Source: Cetorhinus maximus (Eukaryota). From it: a DNA stretch of 64,000 nucleotides. The notes beneath the pieces were generated by a model that was not told the DNA's origin, searched no databases, and saw nothing but the letters and a program-made list of their open reading frames with translations. The stretch is taken from contig NC_135888.1 of NCBI RefSeq assembly GCF_964194155.1, positions 96,658,001-96,722,000 on the forward strand, written 5' to 3'. Below, piece by piece: positions 39,164 through 53,214 of this stretch. Within the stretch, counting starts at the first letter, position 1, and every line of letters begins with the position of its first letter. Made by a program: the position numbers and the translations under genes.

Positions 39164-39835
39164 ATTGGAAGGAGTTTCTTTCTATTAACTCTGATTTTTG
39201 TAACCATTTTATGCATTGAGGCACAAACAGCATGAGAAGAAATATGCCCACGATAACCAACTTAAACTCTTAGACTAGGCCCAAATTTAAGGAATACTAT
39301 GCTCTTTGGCTAGCCCTTTGCCTGCCACGTTAAAGCTCACACACACGCGCAATGCAGACAAATCCCTGAATGCTAGGGGAAACGATGGGGAAATTTAAAG
39401 ATCTCCTGGAGATCTCCTGGAAATATCTCCTGGGGATCCAGGAGATCCCTAGGCAACTTGGGAAGGTTGACAACCTTATGTGGACCCTAGGAGCACCTAG
39501 ATCAATTGAAGTGCTGTTCCTATTCTCAAGAACTATTTATTTTTAATGTAGTTTTCTTAAAGGATATATTTTTCTGTTAATTTGTTGACAACATTTTTCA
39601 TGTCATCTGAAGAGTATTATTCCAGCAATCGGGGATTTATCAGCATTGCATGTGTCTGTGAGCTTTAACGTGGTAGGGAAAGGGCTAGCCAAAGGACATA
39701 GTATTCCTTAAACTTGGGCCTAGTCTAAGAGTTTAAATTGGTTATCGTGGGCATATTTCTTCTTGCACTGTTTGTGCCTCAAAGCATAAAATGGTGACAA
39801 AACTCAGGGGTTTATAGAAAGAAACTCCTTTCAAT
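39164..39835. repeat. Long inverted repeat (arms 39164-39376 and 39622-39835, 245-bp spacer)
   Basis: Hand alignment gives about 25 differences in ~213 bp. Confidence 0.92.
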
Positions 39836-40159
39836 CTTAGAACTGGAGAGTGATTGAGCTGAAGGTCCAATGTTGAGCACCCTCTGCTGGTTAATCTTTT
39901 GACAGGCACCCAATAGCATCCATATTAATGTATAAGAAAAACATATCAAATGGCCTTGGAAAGGTCAGATGTGGTATTGGGCTAATGGTTCCAAAAAGGA
40001 TGAGTTCTCAAATTATCCAGAATATCAGGCGGGTCATTGAGTAAAAGAAAAACAAATGAGTTGGATTTTGAAAGCAAGCAAAGTATCTACTTTTCATTTT
40101 ATAACCTGAATTTGTTAGTAAACTTTCTATTCCAGTCACCTGTGAGACAGAGTGAAAGC

Positions 40160-42460
40160 CTGTGGCCCAGATCTTCCAGCCTCCAGATGAACCCTGCAAA
40201 ACACGCTAAGGGAGCCCTCAGAAGTCCTAATGCAATGTTTCCATGGGAATTGCCCGGGAAGTTTGAACTTCCGACGGGCAATTCCCCTGCCTGAGACCCT
40301 CTGAAAAGGTCTCCAACTCTGAGTTAGAGTCAGAGACTTCGAATAGCCCCTACTTACTTACCTGAATCGTTACCCAGGAGGTGTTAGTCAGAAAAGCCCT
40401 AGTCTAACTCCTGGGCAATTATGCAGCTGAGGCTCCACCCCCCCCCCACCCCCCCCCCCGCCCCAATCACTCACACTGACCCACCCCCGAATCCCGCCTT
40501 GACTTCTCGACGCTATCCCCTGACTCCCCCATGACACTCGACTCCTCCCCTGACCCCCAACTCTCCCCCAATACGACATGACTAGCCGCCACCAGCTGAC
40601 TCAAACCCCTGATTCCCCCTTCGACCCAACCTGACACAACCTCACCATCCTACCCAGCTACCACCCTACCCCCTCACCCACTTACCTTACCCACCCTACC
40701 CCCTACCCCACCATACCCCCTCACCCAACCTATCCCATTACCTTCCATACCCTCTTACCCATTTACTTTCACTCTATAGCTTTTCAAAGAAGGTTTGGGG
40801 CATTTAAACTCTTTACTTACCAGAAAATGGTAGCTAGTGTTGTAAAAAGGTGTCGTGGCTTCTGCGAGGATTCTCTCTGCTCCCTCCAAGGAATGTGCCA
40901 AGCCATTTGTTACAGATTGTGGTGGCTACAGCACCTCGTGGGTGCCCAGTTTTGAGTTGCTGTTTTGAATCCATTTAGCATGGGAATAGTGTTATGTGTG
41001 GTGTCCTCAGTGTGAAGACAGGATTTTGTTGCCACTCTTACAGTACTGTCATTGACAGACGTGTCTGCAATAGGGTGATTGGTAGGATGCAGCAGTAACT
41101 TCCAATCTCCATGGCAGTGTATTTGCGAGGTATCCCAAAGTTGCGCTGGGGAACCCCCACCCTCTGCCCAGGGAAGGATTGCACGGCAATTACCCAGGAA
41201 GTTCAAACTTCCAATGGGCAATTGCCCTGTAATAGGAACCATCCAAAAATGTGATTTAAATTGCAAACTTGGATGGTTCCAACTATCTTACTGCAATTAG
41301 TTGCCCAGAAAATGTTAGAAAAATTAAAACCACTTCCAGCTTCTATGTAACTATAGTACAGGTCTCCCCGACCCCCCATGGGATACCCAGCGACCCCCCA
41401 ACCCCACACCACACACCCCGACCCTCCTGACCCCATCACTGGATCCCCCCTAACACCTCCTGACCACCCACAGGATCCCCCACGGAACCCCCTGACTACC
41501 CCTACCCTTCCACTGGCCGCCTACCCAACCTCGAATACTCCCGACCTCCCATGGAACACCCCGGCCCCCCCCATCCCACATGAGACCCCTCAACTACAAC
41601 CCCTCCGCACTACATTACACTGCCCCCGAATAAACCTCCCATCAACTACACCCACCCAATTCAACCCCCGAATAAACCTCCACCCGGTTACACGCCCCCC
41701 CGATCACCCAAACACCCCGACCACTAGACTCTCCCAGACCCACCTGACCCACTCCCCCCCCCACTGACCACCCGACACCCCCCCCAACTGACCACCCGAA
41801 CCCCCCCCGACCAACCACCCAATCCCCCACGACTGACGACCTGACTCTCCTCTCTACTTACCACCCGACTTACACACCCCTGACAACTCCATTCGCCTCC
41901 ACTCCCCGACCACCCAACCCCCTCCAACAGACCATCTGACCCCAGCCCCAGGACCACAAAGCGCCCCCACCGCACCCCCCCCCGACCCTTGGGTCCACTT
42001 GATGCCCCCGGACCTCCCAGCCCCCAGTCCCCCCACTGATCACCCGGTCCCCACCCCTCCCACACACCCCACTCCCCAAATCTTGCCCATTTACCTTATA
42101 CACTTACCTTTTCCCTGGCTTTTCAGTTGCTAGACCTTTAAACTTACCTTCTTTATGGCAGCTAGTGCCGTAAAGAAGAGGGCATGGCTTACTTACCTTT
42201 AGAACCATAGAAAAGTTACGGTGCAGAAAGAGGCCATTCAGCCCATCATGCCTGCGCTGGACAGAAAAAGATGAAAAAGTTTCTTACTTTTGACTGAGCT
42301 GCCCTCAACTCTAGGCCCCGGGAACTTGCTGCACTACACAGATCTCGCCCGGTCTGAGTTGGAGGGTCAGGCAAGATAGGAGCAGCTGGATTTCAAGGTA
42401 AGTATTTATGAGCGGAATGGCAATCCAACTCAATTGCTACTCCACTGCAAGTTACGACCA
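40160..42460. repeat. Two related C-rich repeat copies separated by a CR1 fragment
   Basis: Shared blocks ggaagttYRaacttccRaYgggcaatt (~40257, ~41197) and ...gctagtgYYgtaaa...tggctt (~40833, ~42161); long C-tracts at 40435-40760 and 41365-42080. Confidence 0.6.
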
Positions 42461-43559
42461 ATATATAGGAGGAACTTAGAGTAAAACATCGAAGAACATG
42501 TTTGCTTCCAATATATGGATATCCCCTCTACATGTTTTAGAGCTAGTATTTTATGTGATAACTTTTATTTTTAGAGTTGTATGATAGGATGAAATTGTCA
42601 TGGTGGTATTATCACAGAGATTGTGAAATTAGAACGTGATTGGAGAGAAAATTGAAACTGGGGAGAAAAATTTAGTCTGATGGGTTACAACAAAAGTAGG
42701 AAATAGCCAATTAAAAGGAGAAAATCACAGTAGCACAATATACGCAACTGGCACAAAACATGTTGGACACAAATAATTTGAGGGTTAACAGCAAATTAAA
42801 ACATTTAATCAAAGATTCTGCAAGCTTTTGTAATAAGTAGGATACTATGTCAACTTTTAAGTAACCTGTTCTGGAATTTCTAGAACGCGAATTAGACGAC
42901 AAAGGACATTCTTGTTAAGATTGTTACTTTTGACTCTTTTGATGTGGAAGTATCAGTTGCCAACGTTTTTAATTAGTTTTATCAGAAAAGAAACATCAGA
43001 ATTAAAGTTGAGTAATGTTGGATTCTCCCATTACTTCAATGGATAAGTGTTCAGCTAGAAGATCGTTTGTTCAACATCTAGGTCAGTGTCATTGCATATG
43101 TGATGTTAAGTCAAATCTTGATCTGCAGATCTGTGCAAAATATGAATTCAGTGTTAGAGGGGCGGGTAACTGAGTGCTTAAATCTAGGAATTTGGTAATT
43201 GGGGGAATTCAGTGAAGTGAGGGAGGAAGTGCTGTTCTAGCCTTTTACAAAAAAGGACTGGGCTAAGAGAGGGGGAGACAGAGAGAGCTTCCTCCTCCAG
43301 CGAGTTGTTTAATTGTCCACTACCATTCACGACTGGATGTGGCAGGATTGCAGAGCTTAGATCTGATCCATTGGTTGTGGGATTGCTTATCTCTGTCTAT
43401 CACTTGCTGCTTATGCTGTTTGGCACACAAGTAGTCCTGTGTTATAACTTCACCAGGTTGACACCTCATTTTTAGATATGCCTAGTGCTGTACCTGGCAT
43501 GGTCTCCTGCACTCTTCATTGAACCAGGGTTGATCCCCTGGTTTGGTGGCAATGGTAGA

Positions 43560-46295
43560 TTGGATGAGTTGCAGTAGATGAATTGCCATCCAAGCTTTGG
43601 ACATTGCGATGTATCAGGGAGTGGATGTTACTTGGACATTTTGTTCAACGAGGCAGTCGCACACCTAAGCCTATGTACTTCAGATTTGCTTCATGGTCAG
43701 GACAGGAGGATGTGACTGTAAGACAGGCAGGTATGGTGATCCAAAAATTAGCAATAGAGGAACCTCAGCCCTTGTCCAACATGTTTCAGGTTCTTGAATC
43801 TTGTGTGGATGAGAGCAGGAAATGCAAGGAGGATGAGCAAACTGACTACAGCACCATGGTGCAGGAGGACATTCAAGTGGGTGAGGAAAAATGAATGTAT
43901 TTGTAGTAGGGGACAGTTTAGTTAGGGAGATAGACACTGTACTCTGCAGCTGAGAACGTAAGTCCCAAAGGCTGTGTTTCTTGCCCTGTGCCACAGTTAA
44001 AGACATCTCCTCAGGTTTGAATGGGAACTTGGAGTGGGAGGGAAGGATCCAGTTGTCATAGTCCACTTGGCTACTAACAACATAGATCAGACAGAGAGTT
44101 CTACTGAGGGATTATGAGCAACTAAGGCTTAAATTAAAAATCAGAACCACAAAAGGTAATAATCTCTGGATTACCACCTGAGCCAAATGGCATAGGGGAA
44201 ACAAGATCAGAGAGTTGAATGCGTGGCTCAAAGATTGGTGCGGGAGATATGGGCTTTGATTCATAGAACACTGGGATCAGTACTGGGGAAAGAGGGTGAT
44301 GTATCATTAGGATGACCTTCACCTGAATCATGCTGGGACCAATGTATTGGTGAATTGTATGACCAGGGCTGTAGGGAGGGCTTTAAATTGAATAATGGTG
44401 GGTACAGTGGAGGTGAAAAGAGATTTTGAAAGTTAAAGAGAAAGGATAAGCCAATAATACTAGGTGGCAATATGGATAATGGTAACCAGAGTGTGACAGG
44501 AAGGGACTGAGCATACAAACATAAGGGTGCACCAGCAAATATGGCTAGAGTAGGGAAAATGGCAAAAAGACAGAATTAAAGGCTCTTTATCTGAATACAC
44601 ACAGCATTCATAACAAGATGAACAAATTGCTAGCACAAATAGAAATAAATGAGTATAGCATGAGAACCATTACAGAGGCATGGTTGCAAAGTGACCATGG
44701 CCACCAAATATTGAAGGATATTTGATATTTCGAAGGACAGGGGGAAAGGAACAAGAGGTGGGGTAGCTCTGTTAATCAAGGGTGAGATCAGTGCAGAAGT
44801 GACAAATGATCTTGGTTTGGAGGATCAAGATGTATAATTAGTTTGGGTGGAGATAATAAATATCAAAGAGAAGAAGTCACCGATTAGTTTATAGGCCCCC
44901 AGACAGTAGCTACAATGTAGGGCAGAGTATAAATCCAGAAATAATGAGAGCTTGTAAGAAAGGTACTGCAATAACAGTGGGAAATAATTTAATGGTCATA
45001 TAGATTGGACAAATCTAACTAGTAAAAGCAGTCTGCAGGATGAGTTTATAGAGTATATTTGGGACAGTTTCTTAGAACAATATGTTCTGGAACCAATGAG
45101 GGAATAGGCTATTTTAGACATGGTAATGCGTAATGAGACAGAATTAATAAATAACCTCATAATATAGAATCCTCCACATAGGAATGATCAGAACATAATA
45201 TAATTTCACATTCAGTTTGAGGGTGAGAAATTTGATCTGAAACTAGTGAGTTAAACTTAAAGGCAATTACAAGGGTATGAAGATAGAGTTAGCTAAAGTG
45301 GACTGGGAAAATGGGTTAAAATGTAAGACAGTGGAGAAGCAGACATTTAAGGAGATATTTCATAACTCTCAACAAAAATATATTCCATTGAGAAAGAAAG
45401 GCTCCACGAGAAGGAACTGTGGCTAACTAAAAAAGTTAAGGATGGTATCACATTGAAAGGAAATATGTACAATGCTGCTGCAAAGATTAGTGGTAAGCCA
45501 GAAAATTGGGAAAATTTTAGAAACCAACAAAGGATAATTAAAAGGTAATAGAGGGAGAAATTGTAGTATGAGAGAAAACTGGCAAGAAATATAAAAACAG
45601 ACACTAAAAGCTTCTGTAAGTATATAAAAAGGAAAAGGGTAGTGATGGTGAGCATTGGTGCCTTAGAGGGTGACACAGGGGGATTAATAATGGGTAACAC
45701 GGAAATGGCAGAGACTTCAAAAATGTATTTTGTATCTGTCTTCATAGTAGAAGACACAAAAAGCATCCCCAGAATAGTAGAAAACTAGGGATTAAAGGGA
45801 GAGGGGAACTTAAAACAATCACAATTATTAGAGAAAAAGTATTAGGAAAATTAATGGGATTAAAGGCTGACAATGCCCCGGGACCTGATAGCCTACATCC
45901 TGGGATCTTAATAGAAGTGGCTGCAGAGATAGTGCATGCATTAGTTGCAATCTTCCAAAATTGCCTTGATTCTGGAAAGGTCCCAGCAGACTGGAAAGCC
46001 GCAAATGTTACAACACTATTCAAGAAAGGAGGGAGCCAGAAAGCAGGAAACTATAGGCCAGTTATCCTAATATTTGTCATTGGGAAATTGCTAGAATTCG
46101 TTATTAAGGAGATAGTAGCAGGATATTTAGAAAATCGTAATGCAATCAGGCAGAGTCAACATGGTTTTGTGAAAGGTGTTTGACAAGTTTATCAGGTATC
46201 TTTGAGGATATAACAAGCAGAGTGAATAATGGGGAATTAATAGTTGCAGCGTATTTAGATTTCTGAAAGGCATTTGATAAGGTGCCACATAGAAG
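43560..46295 (+). mobile_element. CR1 LINE with SGNH-esterase ORF1 remnant and APE/RT ORF2 remnant
   Basis: VVGDSLVR (~43903), ITEAWLQ and GGVALLIK (endonuclease), ORF 45854..46183 APGPDSLHP...WKAANVTTLFKKG...NYRPV...QHGF; many stops. Confidence 0.88.
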
Positions 46296-46817
46296 TTTAT
46301 TATATTATCGGCCCACGTTTGACTGTCATTTGATATTACTGGATACTGATTCTAGTTTGGAGAGACCACATCTTTCAATTTATTAGAGACGTATTACTTT
46401 ACAGGAGCAGTTGCAAATGTGCCAGTGAGTCTTGGCTGTGCCTAATACCACTGCCAGGAATTTTGTGCAAAATTGTGCTTTTGATCGAGTGCAAATGGGT
46501 GCCACCAGGGGGAGATGTCCACACAGTCATGACCAAGAAACCTGCCGAGTCTACAGGTTCTAAATACCAATGCCGATCCATAATGTTGAATAATAAGAAC
46601 TGAGACTGAAAGACAAAGATATTGTCCCTTACTATACTGAGGTATAGGAGGATTCTAGAGAAGAGGTAGGGGCAATGCAAAAGCACTCAATTGATGTTGA
46701 GCATCGGATAATAAATATTCTGAATGATTAATTTTGGAAGATATGAACAATATTCTATCACCAAAAACGAGTGCCAAGGCATCATTCAACTTCAATATAA
46801 ATGCCATTGATGTCCTA

Positions 46818-47569
46818 GGCCAGAATTTTACGCTCCTCCACCGATGGGTTTTTAGGCGGGGGAGGGAGGTTGAAATTGTAGGGATGGGATTCCCTCCGGG
46901 TTCCCGCCCGCCCTGACCACGCAGCAATTTTGCGCTGGGGAGGGCAAGGCCTTGGGGGGAAGTCTGCCCTTGCACTGTTTCCCGCCCAGCCTCAATTTTT
47001 AGACTGGCGGGGGGGGTTGAACTTCCATGGTGGAAGCCTGACACTGAGTTACATCTCAGACGGGAAATGGGGGGGGGTGGGATGGGGGGAGAGCAGGCCT
47101 TTGATCAGAAGCCCCATTCTCAAGTCGGGCACACCGCTGACGCCCCCCCCCCCCCCCCCCCCCACTTAAGGTCCTGTAGCTTCCGGACCTCCTTTCACCC
47201 CACCTCGGCCTCTCCCCAAGACCCCGATCGCCCCCTTCATGTCCCCCAGGCCTCCCCTGCCCTCCCTACCCTGGGACCCCTTGAACTTACCTGGGCCACC
47301 GCTCCCTGGACTTCGGCTCTGATGTCCTCCTAAACTTCCCCTTCTTTCTGTCCACTGCAAAGCTGTCACTGCAGGGACTGGAGAGCTGCCAGCCAACCAG
47401 ATTGGCTAGCAGCTCTCTAGAACGGGACTTCCTCCTGAGTGAGGGGTGGAAGTTCTGCCTACAGCCAATTGACGCTCATTCAACCGTGAAATGGCTGCGA
47501 GGCACTCAGAGTCGGCGGGGAACACTTCGGATGGCGGGAAACGAGACCCCGCTGTGAGAAACTCAGGCC
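46818..47569. mobile_element. PIF/Harbinger-like MITE
   Basis: Ends GGCCAGAATTTT...AAACTCAGGCC with a 3-bp duplication CTA; GC-rich interior. Confidence 0.65.
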
Positions 47570-48274
47570 CTAGACAGGCTCAAAGGAATTAAGGCAAATA
47601 ATTACCCAACGTTAGATGGTATGTTGAGAAAGATAAGCAAGGAAATTTTTCATGTACCTACAATTATGAAGGAGTCAATGTACAGGGGGAAGGTTAACAG
47701 TAGATTGGAAATAGGCTAATCAGATAGCCATATGCAAAGAAGGTGACAAAACAGACACAGCTAATTATAGACGCATTAAACTTAGTCCAATTTCATGTAA
47801 GATGATGATTTATTATCAGGAGTATATTTGACGATTATCTTTTTAATTGTATTATTGTATCCCTAGTTAGTGGGCCTTCTTCTTGAAATGTTGCACTGTG
47901 TGTGGTGAAAGTTCTCCTACAATGCTGTTAGGTAACAAGTTTTTTATTTTTGAAACAATGACAATAAAGTGATAGCTTCAAATGCTCATGTTAGGATGGT
48001 GCGTGACTAGGAGGAAAATCTGAAGGTAATGGTGCTCCCATATGTTTGCTGCCCTTGTCCTTCTAGATGGAAGAAGTTGGGAGTTTGGAAGATGGTGCCG
48101 AGCAAGCCTTAGGGAACTCTTGCAGTGCATTCTGTAGGTGGTACACACTGCAGACTCGTTGGAGCGAGTGGACAACAACCTAGTTGTCAGCTAGTTGTCC
48201 TTGTAGCTTTGGATAGGGAAGATCCTGTCTTACCAACCTCCTTGATTTCTTTGAGGAAGTGATAATCCATGACT

Positions 48275-48620
48275 CACAAAGTTGTTGGTTCAAGCTTCAC
48301 TTAAGACTTGAACATATTCCAAAACATCTTGGCATATATTCTAGTGTCATACTGAAGAAATTTCACCTCTCAGATGAGATGTTAAATTGACTGCTCATGC
48401 GGGTGTAAAGATATGTCATGTCATTATTTGAAAAAAGGCATGGGATTTCCCCTGGTGGTTTAGCCCACATTTAGACCTCAATCAATATTACTAAATCCGA
48501 TTATCTAGTCAATTATCTCACTGTCATTTGTGGGGTTTTCCTGTGTACAAATTGATGACTATACTTCAAAAGTAATTCATTAGCTGTGAAATGCTTTGAG
48601 ACATTGTGTTTTTTTCTTTC
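48275..48620 (+). mobile_element. SacSINE1/DeuSINE-like SINE (older copy)
   Basis: cagatgagatgttaaa...tttcccctggtgg...gactatacttcaaaagtaattcattagctgtgaaatgctttgagac. Confidence 0.62.
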
Positions 48621-49222
48621 TTTAACACTTAAACTCATGTTCAGGCTTTGGTAATCCCCAATAATGTTGCGTTCTAAAACTTCCAAAAAACATTCGATAA
48701 CATGCCATACAGAAGATGACCTATTAAACAGTAAGCTGTAGGGATTCAAGGCAAATGTGGATATGGATAAGAAACTACCTGAAGGGTAGAAAATAATGGG
48801 GCACTGGTTGGAGAGATAATGTTAGAGTAGGGAAGGGAAGTACTGTGCAGTGTTCCTGAGGGCCAATAGTGGGACCATTACTGTACTAATTCACATCAAA
48901 GAGTCAATACAAATTGATTAAATTTGCAGATGATACCAAACTAAGGAGGCCTATATAATCAAAGAAGCAGCCCAAAATCTGCAGAATTAGTTAAATCAGT
49001 GAGCTGAACAATGTCAGATAAAACTGAATGCCAATTATAAACTACAACAACATCAACTTGTATTTATATAGTGCATTTAATGTAGTAAAACATCCAAGGT
49101 CTGTCATGGGAGTGTTGGCAAAAAAAATTTGACACCGACCTGCATAAGGAGATATAGGACAGATAACCAAAAGCTTGGCCTAAGAGGTAGGTTTTGGCAG
49201 TGTTTTTAAACAAGAGAGGTAC

Positions 49223-50464
49223 TGTTGCGGAACTCAAATACTTACCTGGGAGTTCTGGAACTACAGTTCCCAGACATTTTGGGACTTCTGTATGTGTGTT
49301 GGCCAGGAAAGGTCTGCACATGCCCACTTCAATTCTTTTATGTCTTTAGGCTGGGAACAGGCCCTGCGCACATGTGCAGAAGGAAAAGAAGAAGATAAGT
49401 CAAACGGCGTGAAACGAGTTCAGGTGACCCGAAGAGGAGCACCATTGAGAGATGTCCCAGGAAGCAGGACACGGGGAGGGGGAAAGGAAGAGGTTCCCAA
49501 ACAAAGATGATTTCAAACCAAAAAGTGGGGGCAAAAACAGGTCCCAAAAGAAGGTCCCAGATAAGGGTCAAAGACAGAATTCAGAAACATATCATGTTCA
49601 GTAAAGTTGAGAGAAAGGAGCAGAGCAATAGGCTCTGAATTAAAGAGAGAGAACTGCGGGGAGCAGATTTGAAACAAACCGGGCTCAAGGGAAGCCCAAA
49701 GATCCAAGAGGGCAGCCGAAGGTTGGTGACTCCATGCTGCTATAAGGGCAAAGGTACCCTTTGGAGCAATGGTGTTCTGCTTGGCACGGCCGAAAGTCTG
49801 AAAGTGTGCCTGGAAGGTGAAGCTTGAGTGTACACAGAGATCTGGGGAAAGGAATCTCAGAAGGTGGGATTAAGACTCTAGGGGTGAAACTTGGTTAAAG
49901 CCATCTGAGTGAGAGTGACATGTGGGAGAGAATTCCCAGGCAAATCTCAAATGTGGAGTTTGGAAACCCTTGTGAGAAAGATGGGTTGGCTCATGATGTG
50001 ACATGCTGGGTGGGTTGATGAGAAATCAATGGAATCTGTCTTGGTGGCATCTGTCACTTGTTTTTTGGGTTGGGGTATCCAACCATAGTTTGCCTGTTAA
50101 TTCACATCTCCTGAATACTTACCCTGAGTATTAGAGTATAAGATAGATATAGTAAATTGTTTTATCTTTCCAAATTTGTACATGTCTATAAAGTTATAGC
50201 TGGGGTGAAGGAATTGTGAATATTTGAACCATTTTCTTGTGCTTGTATTGAGATCTTTCCAATCTTTTTGTCTGGTTTAAGATAGCTTATTTTTCTTGTT
50301 TAATAAGTATTTTATTTTTTGTATTAAAGGTTAATCAGCAGGCTTCTATGAATTTGTTCAGTAACTTATCTCCAGGGTTTCCAAACAAGAAGTTAGGATC
50401 TATCAAGCCAGGTTTCACACTGGGATCTGACTTTCTAGTATTAACATCAGCTGGCATCGTGACA
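49223..50464 (+). mobile_element. Solo LTR inserted in an L2 fragment
   Basis: TGTTGC...GTGACA termini; flanks GTAC/GTAG (4-bp TSD with one mismatch). It interrupts gagaggtagagagg of an L2 tail; ATTAAA near 50323. Confidence 0.72.
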
Positions 50465-51729
50465 GTAGAGAGGCACCATGTACCAAAATAGTAGGACGTA
50501 AGTCAGAGGAGGTCTTGACCAAATAGTAAAGTGCTCGGATGAAGCGTCATTGACCTGAGATGTGGCTCTATTACTCTCTGCACAGGTGCTGCTTCAGATT
50601 TCTGTATCTGCAGTATTTTGCTTTTGTTGTAGTCAAGTGCTCTGGTCAGGTCATACCCTGAAGATTATGTCCTGTTCTGGTTACTGTGAGCCAGGAGACA
50701 TTCAAGCACTGGAGACAGAAAAAGGATCAGAAGGTTGATCCTTTGGCCCTGTAATTCCATGCAGTAAATTACAGTGGATTTGGGCCAGAGTTAAGATTTG
50801 CACCAGCCTATGCTCTGCAGAGCTAAATCCACCAGAGTTTTGCCAGTCAGCTCATTTACATGTACCTTAGAGTATCCACTGTCACATGGGAATATACAAA
50901 TTAGGAACAGGAAGAGGCCATTTGGCCTGTTGAGTCTGCTCTGCCATTTGATAAGATCATTGCAGATCTGATTGTGGCCTCAACTATACTTTCTGCAACC
51001 TCTATAACCTTTGACTCCCTTGTCAATCAAGAAACTATCTAACTATGCCTTAAAAATATTCAATGACCTTGCCTCCATTGATCTCTGGGGAAGGGAATTC
51101 CACAGACTACTAATCCTCTGAGAGAAAAACAATCTCCTCATCTCCATTCCCTTCTTTTTAAACTGTGTCCCCTATTTCTAGTCCCTATCATAAGGGGGAG
51201 CTTCTTCTCAAGACCAACCCTATCAAGTCCCTTCAGGATCTTATATATTTCAATAAGATCATCTCTCATTCTTCTAAACTCCAATGGATACAGGCCAACT
51301 TGTCCATCCATTCCTCATAAGATCCTTTACCCACAAATCAATCGAGTGAATCCTCCATGAACTGCTAATGCAATTATATCCTTTAAGGAAGCAGACCAAA
51401 ACTGTACACAGTAATCCAGATGTGGTCTCAACAACTGTACAACTATGGCAAAACTTCCTTACTTTTATATTCCATTCCCCTTGTAATAAACAACAACATT
51501 CCATTTGCCTTCCTAACCACTTGCTGTACCTGCATTCTAACTTTCTGTGATTCATGTACCAGGACACCCAGACCCATCTGTAGAGTTTGCAATCTCTCTC
51601 CATTTAAATAATCTACCGCTTTTCTATTCTTCCTGCCAAGGTGGACAAGTTCACATTTTCTCACATTATACACCATCTGCAAAATGTTTGCCCACTCATT
51701 TAACCTATCTAAATCCCTCTGCAGGCTAT

Positions 51730-52314
51730 GAGTAGAATTTTGCCATCTGCGAGCAGGGAGCGGGGCCTGCTCACCGACGCGTAAAATGATGCGGGATGAC
51801 GATGGGCAGAACCCCCTACGTCATCCTGGCCCATTTAAATTTTCAGGAAGGCGGGGGCACAGCAAAATCAGCTGCGGGCCCACCGACCTGTCAATGGCCA
51901 ATTGAGGCCATTGACAGGATCAATTATACAATTAAAGGACCTGTCCGTCCAACCTTAAGGTTGGCGGGCAGGCCAGGAGCCCCGGCGGGCAATAGAAAAA
52001 ACATGAAAACTCATCCACCGGCAGGATGAGGTTTCATGTAGGGTTTTAAATTTTTTTACAAACTTATTATGTAAATTATGAACATGTCCCATCTCATGTC
52101 ACATGAGGGGGACATGTTAGGGAATTTTTTTTTCTATTTTTCATATTTTTAAAAGTGTACGCGATCTCCCTGAGGCAGATGTCACGCTGGGCGGGCCTTA
52201 ATTGGCCTGCCCACGTAAAATGGCGGCAGGACCCGCTTCTCCGGTGGGGATCGGCTCCCCGACCGCCGGAGATTGGGTCAGGCCCGCCCGCCCGACAGGC
52301 AGAAAATTCTGCCC
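51730..52314. mobile_element. PIF/Harbinger-like MITE nested in CR1
   Basis: GAGTAGAATTTT...AAAATTCTGCCC with a flanking TAT duplication; CpG-rich, so probably young. Confidence 0.75.
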
Positions 52315-53214
52315 TATGTTCTCCTCACAACTTACTTTCCTACCCATATTTGTGTCATCAGCAAATTTAACAACTATTTGGTCCCTTCATCCAAGTAATT
52401 TATGTTGATAGTAAATAGTTGATGCCCCATCACTGCTCCCTGTGGCACTCCATCGGTTACAGCTTGCCAACCCTAAAATGACTAAATTATCGCTACTCTC
52501 TGCTTGTTAGCTAACCAATCCTCTCTCCATGATAATATGAGCTCTTATCTTGTGTAGTAACCTTCGATAAGCCTTATCAAATGCCCTTTGGAAATCCAAG
52601 TACACCACATCTACAGGCTCCTCTTCATCCATGATACTTGATGTCCCTTTCACAAAACCATGAGGATACTGCCTGCTTACATTAAGATTTTCTAAGTGTC
52701 CTGCAATAACCTCACTAAAAGTAAATTGTAGAATTTTCCCTTTGATAGATGTTAAGCTAACTGGCCTGCAGTTTCCTGCTTTCTGTCTCACTCATATCTT
52801 GAATAGAGGAGTTACATTCACTATTTTCCAATCCACTAGGACCTTTCCAAAATCTAGGGAATTTTGGGAAATTACAACTAGTGAGTCTACTATCTCCGCA
52901 GCCAAGACCCTAGGATGAAGTCCATTAGGTCGTGGGGACTTGTCAGCTTTTAGTTCTAATAGTTTTCTCAGTACCCTTTCCCTGGTGATTGTAATTATTT
53001 TAAGTTCCTCCCTCCCTTTCAGCTCTTGATTTTCAAGTACCTTTGTTTGCAAGTTTCTTTGTTTTCTAAGTCTTCTGCAGTGAAGACAGACACAAAATAT
53101 TTGTTCAATGCTTCTGCCATTTCCTTATTTCCCATTAATTCCCCAGACTCGCTCTCTAAAGGACCCATGCTCACTTTACTTACTCTCCTTTTCAAGTGCT
53201 TGTAGAAACTCTTA

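Noticed and set aside
39395-39450. Short atctcctgg direct repeats as a CRISPR-like array
   Set aside because: Only 3-4 units of ~11 bp without spacers, in a eukaryotic context; they resemble hAT subterminal repeats.
41378-42103. Pro-rich and Gly-rich ORFs
   Set aside because: Artefacts of low-complexity C/G-skewed sequence.
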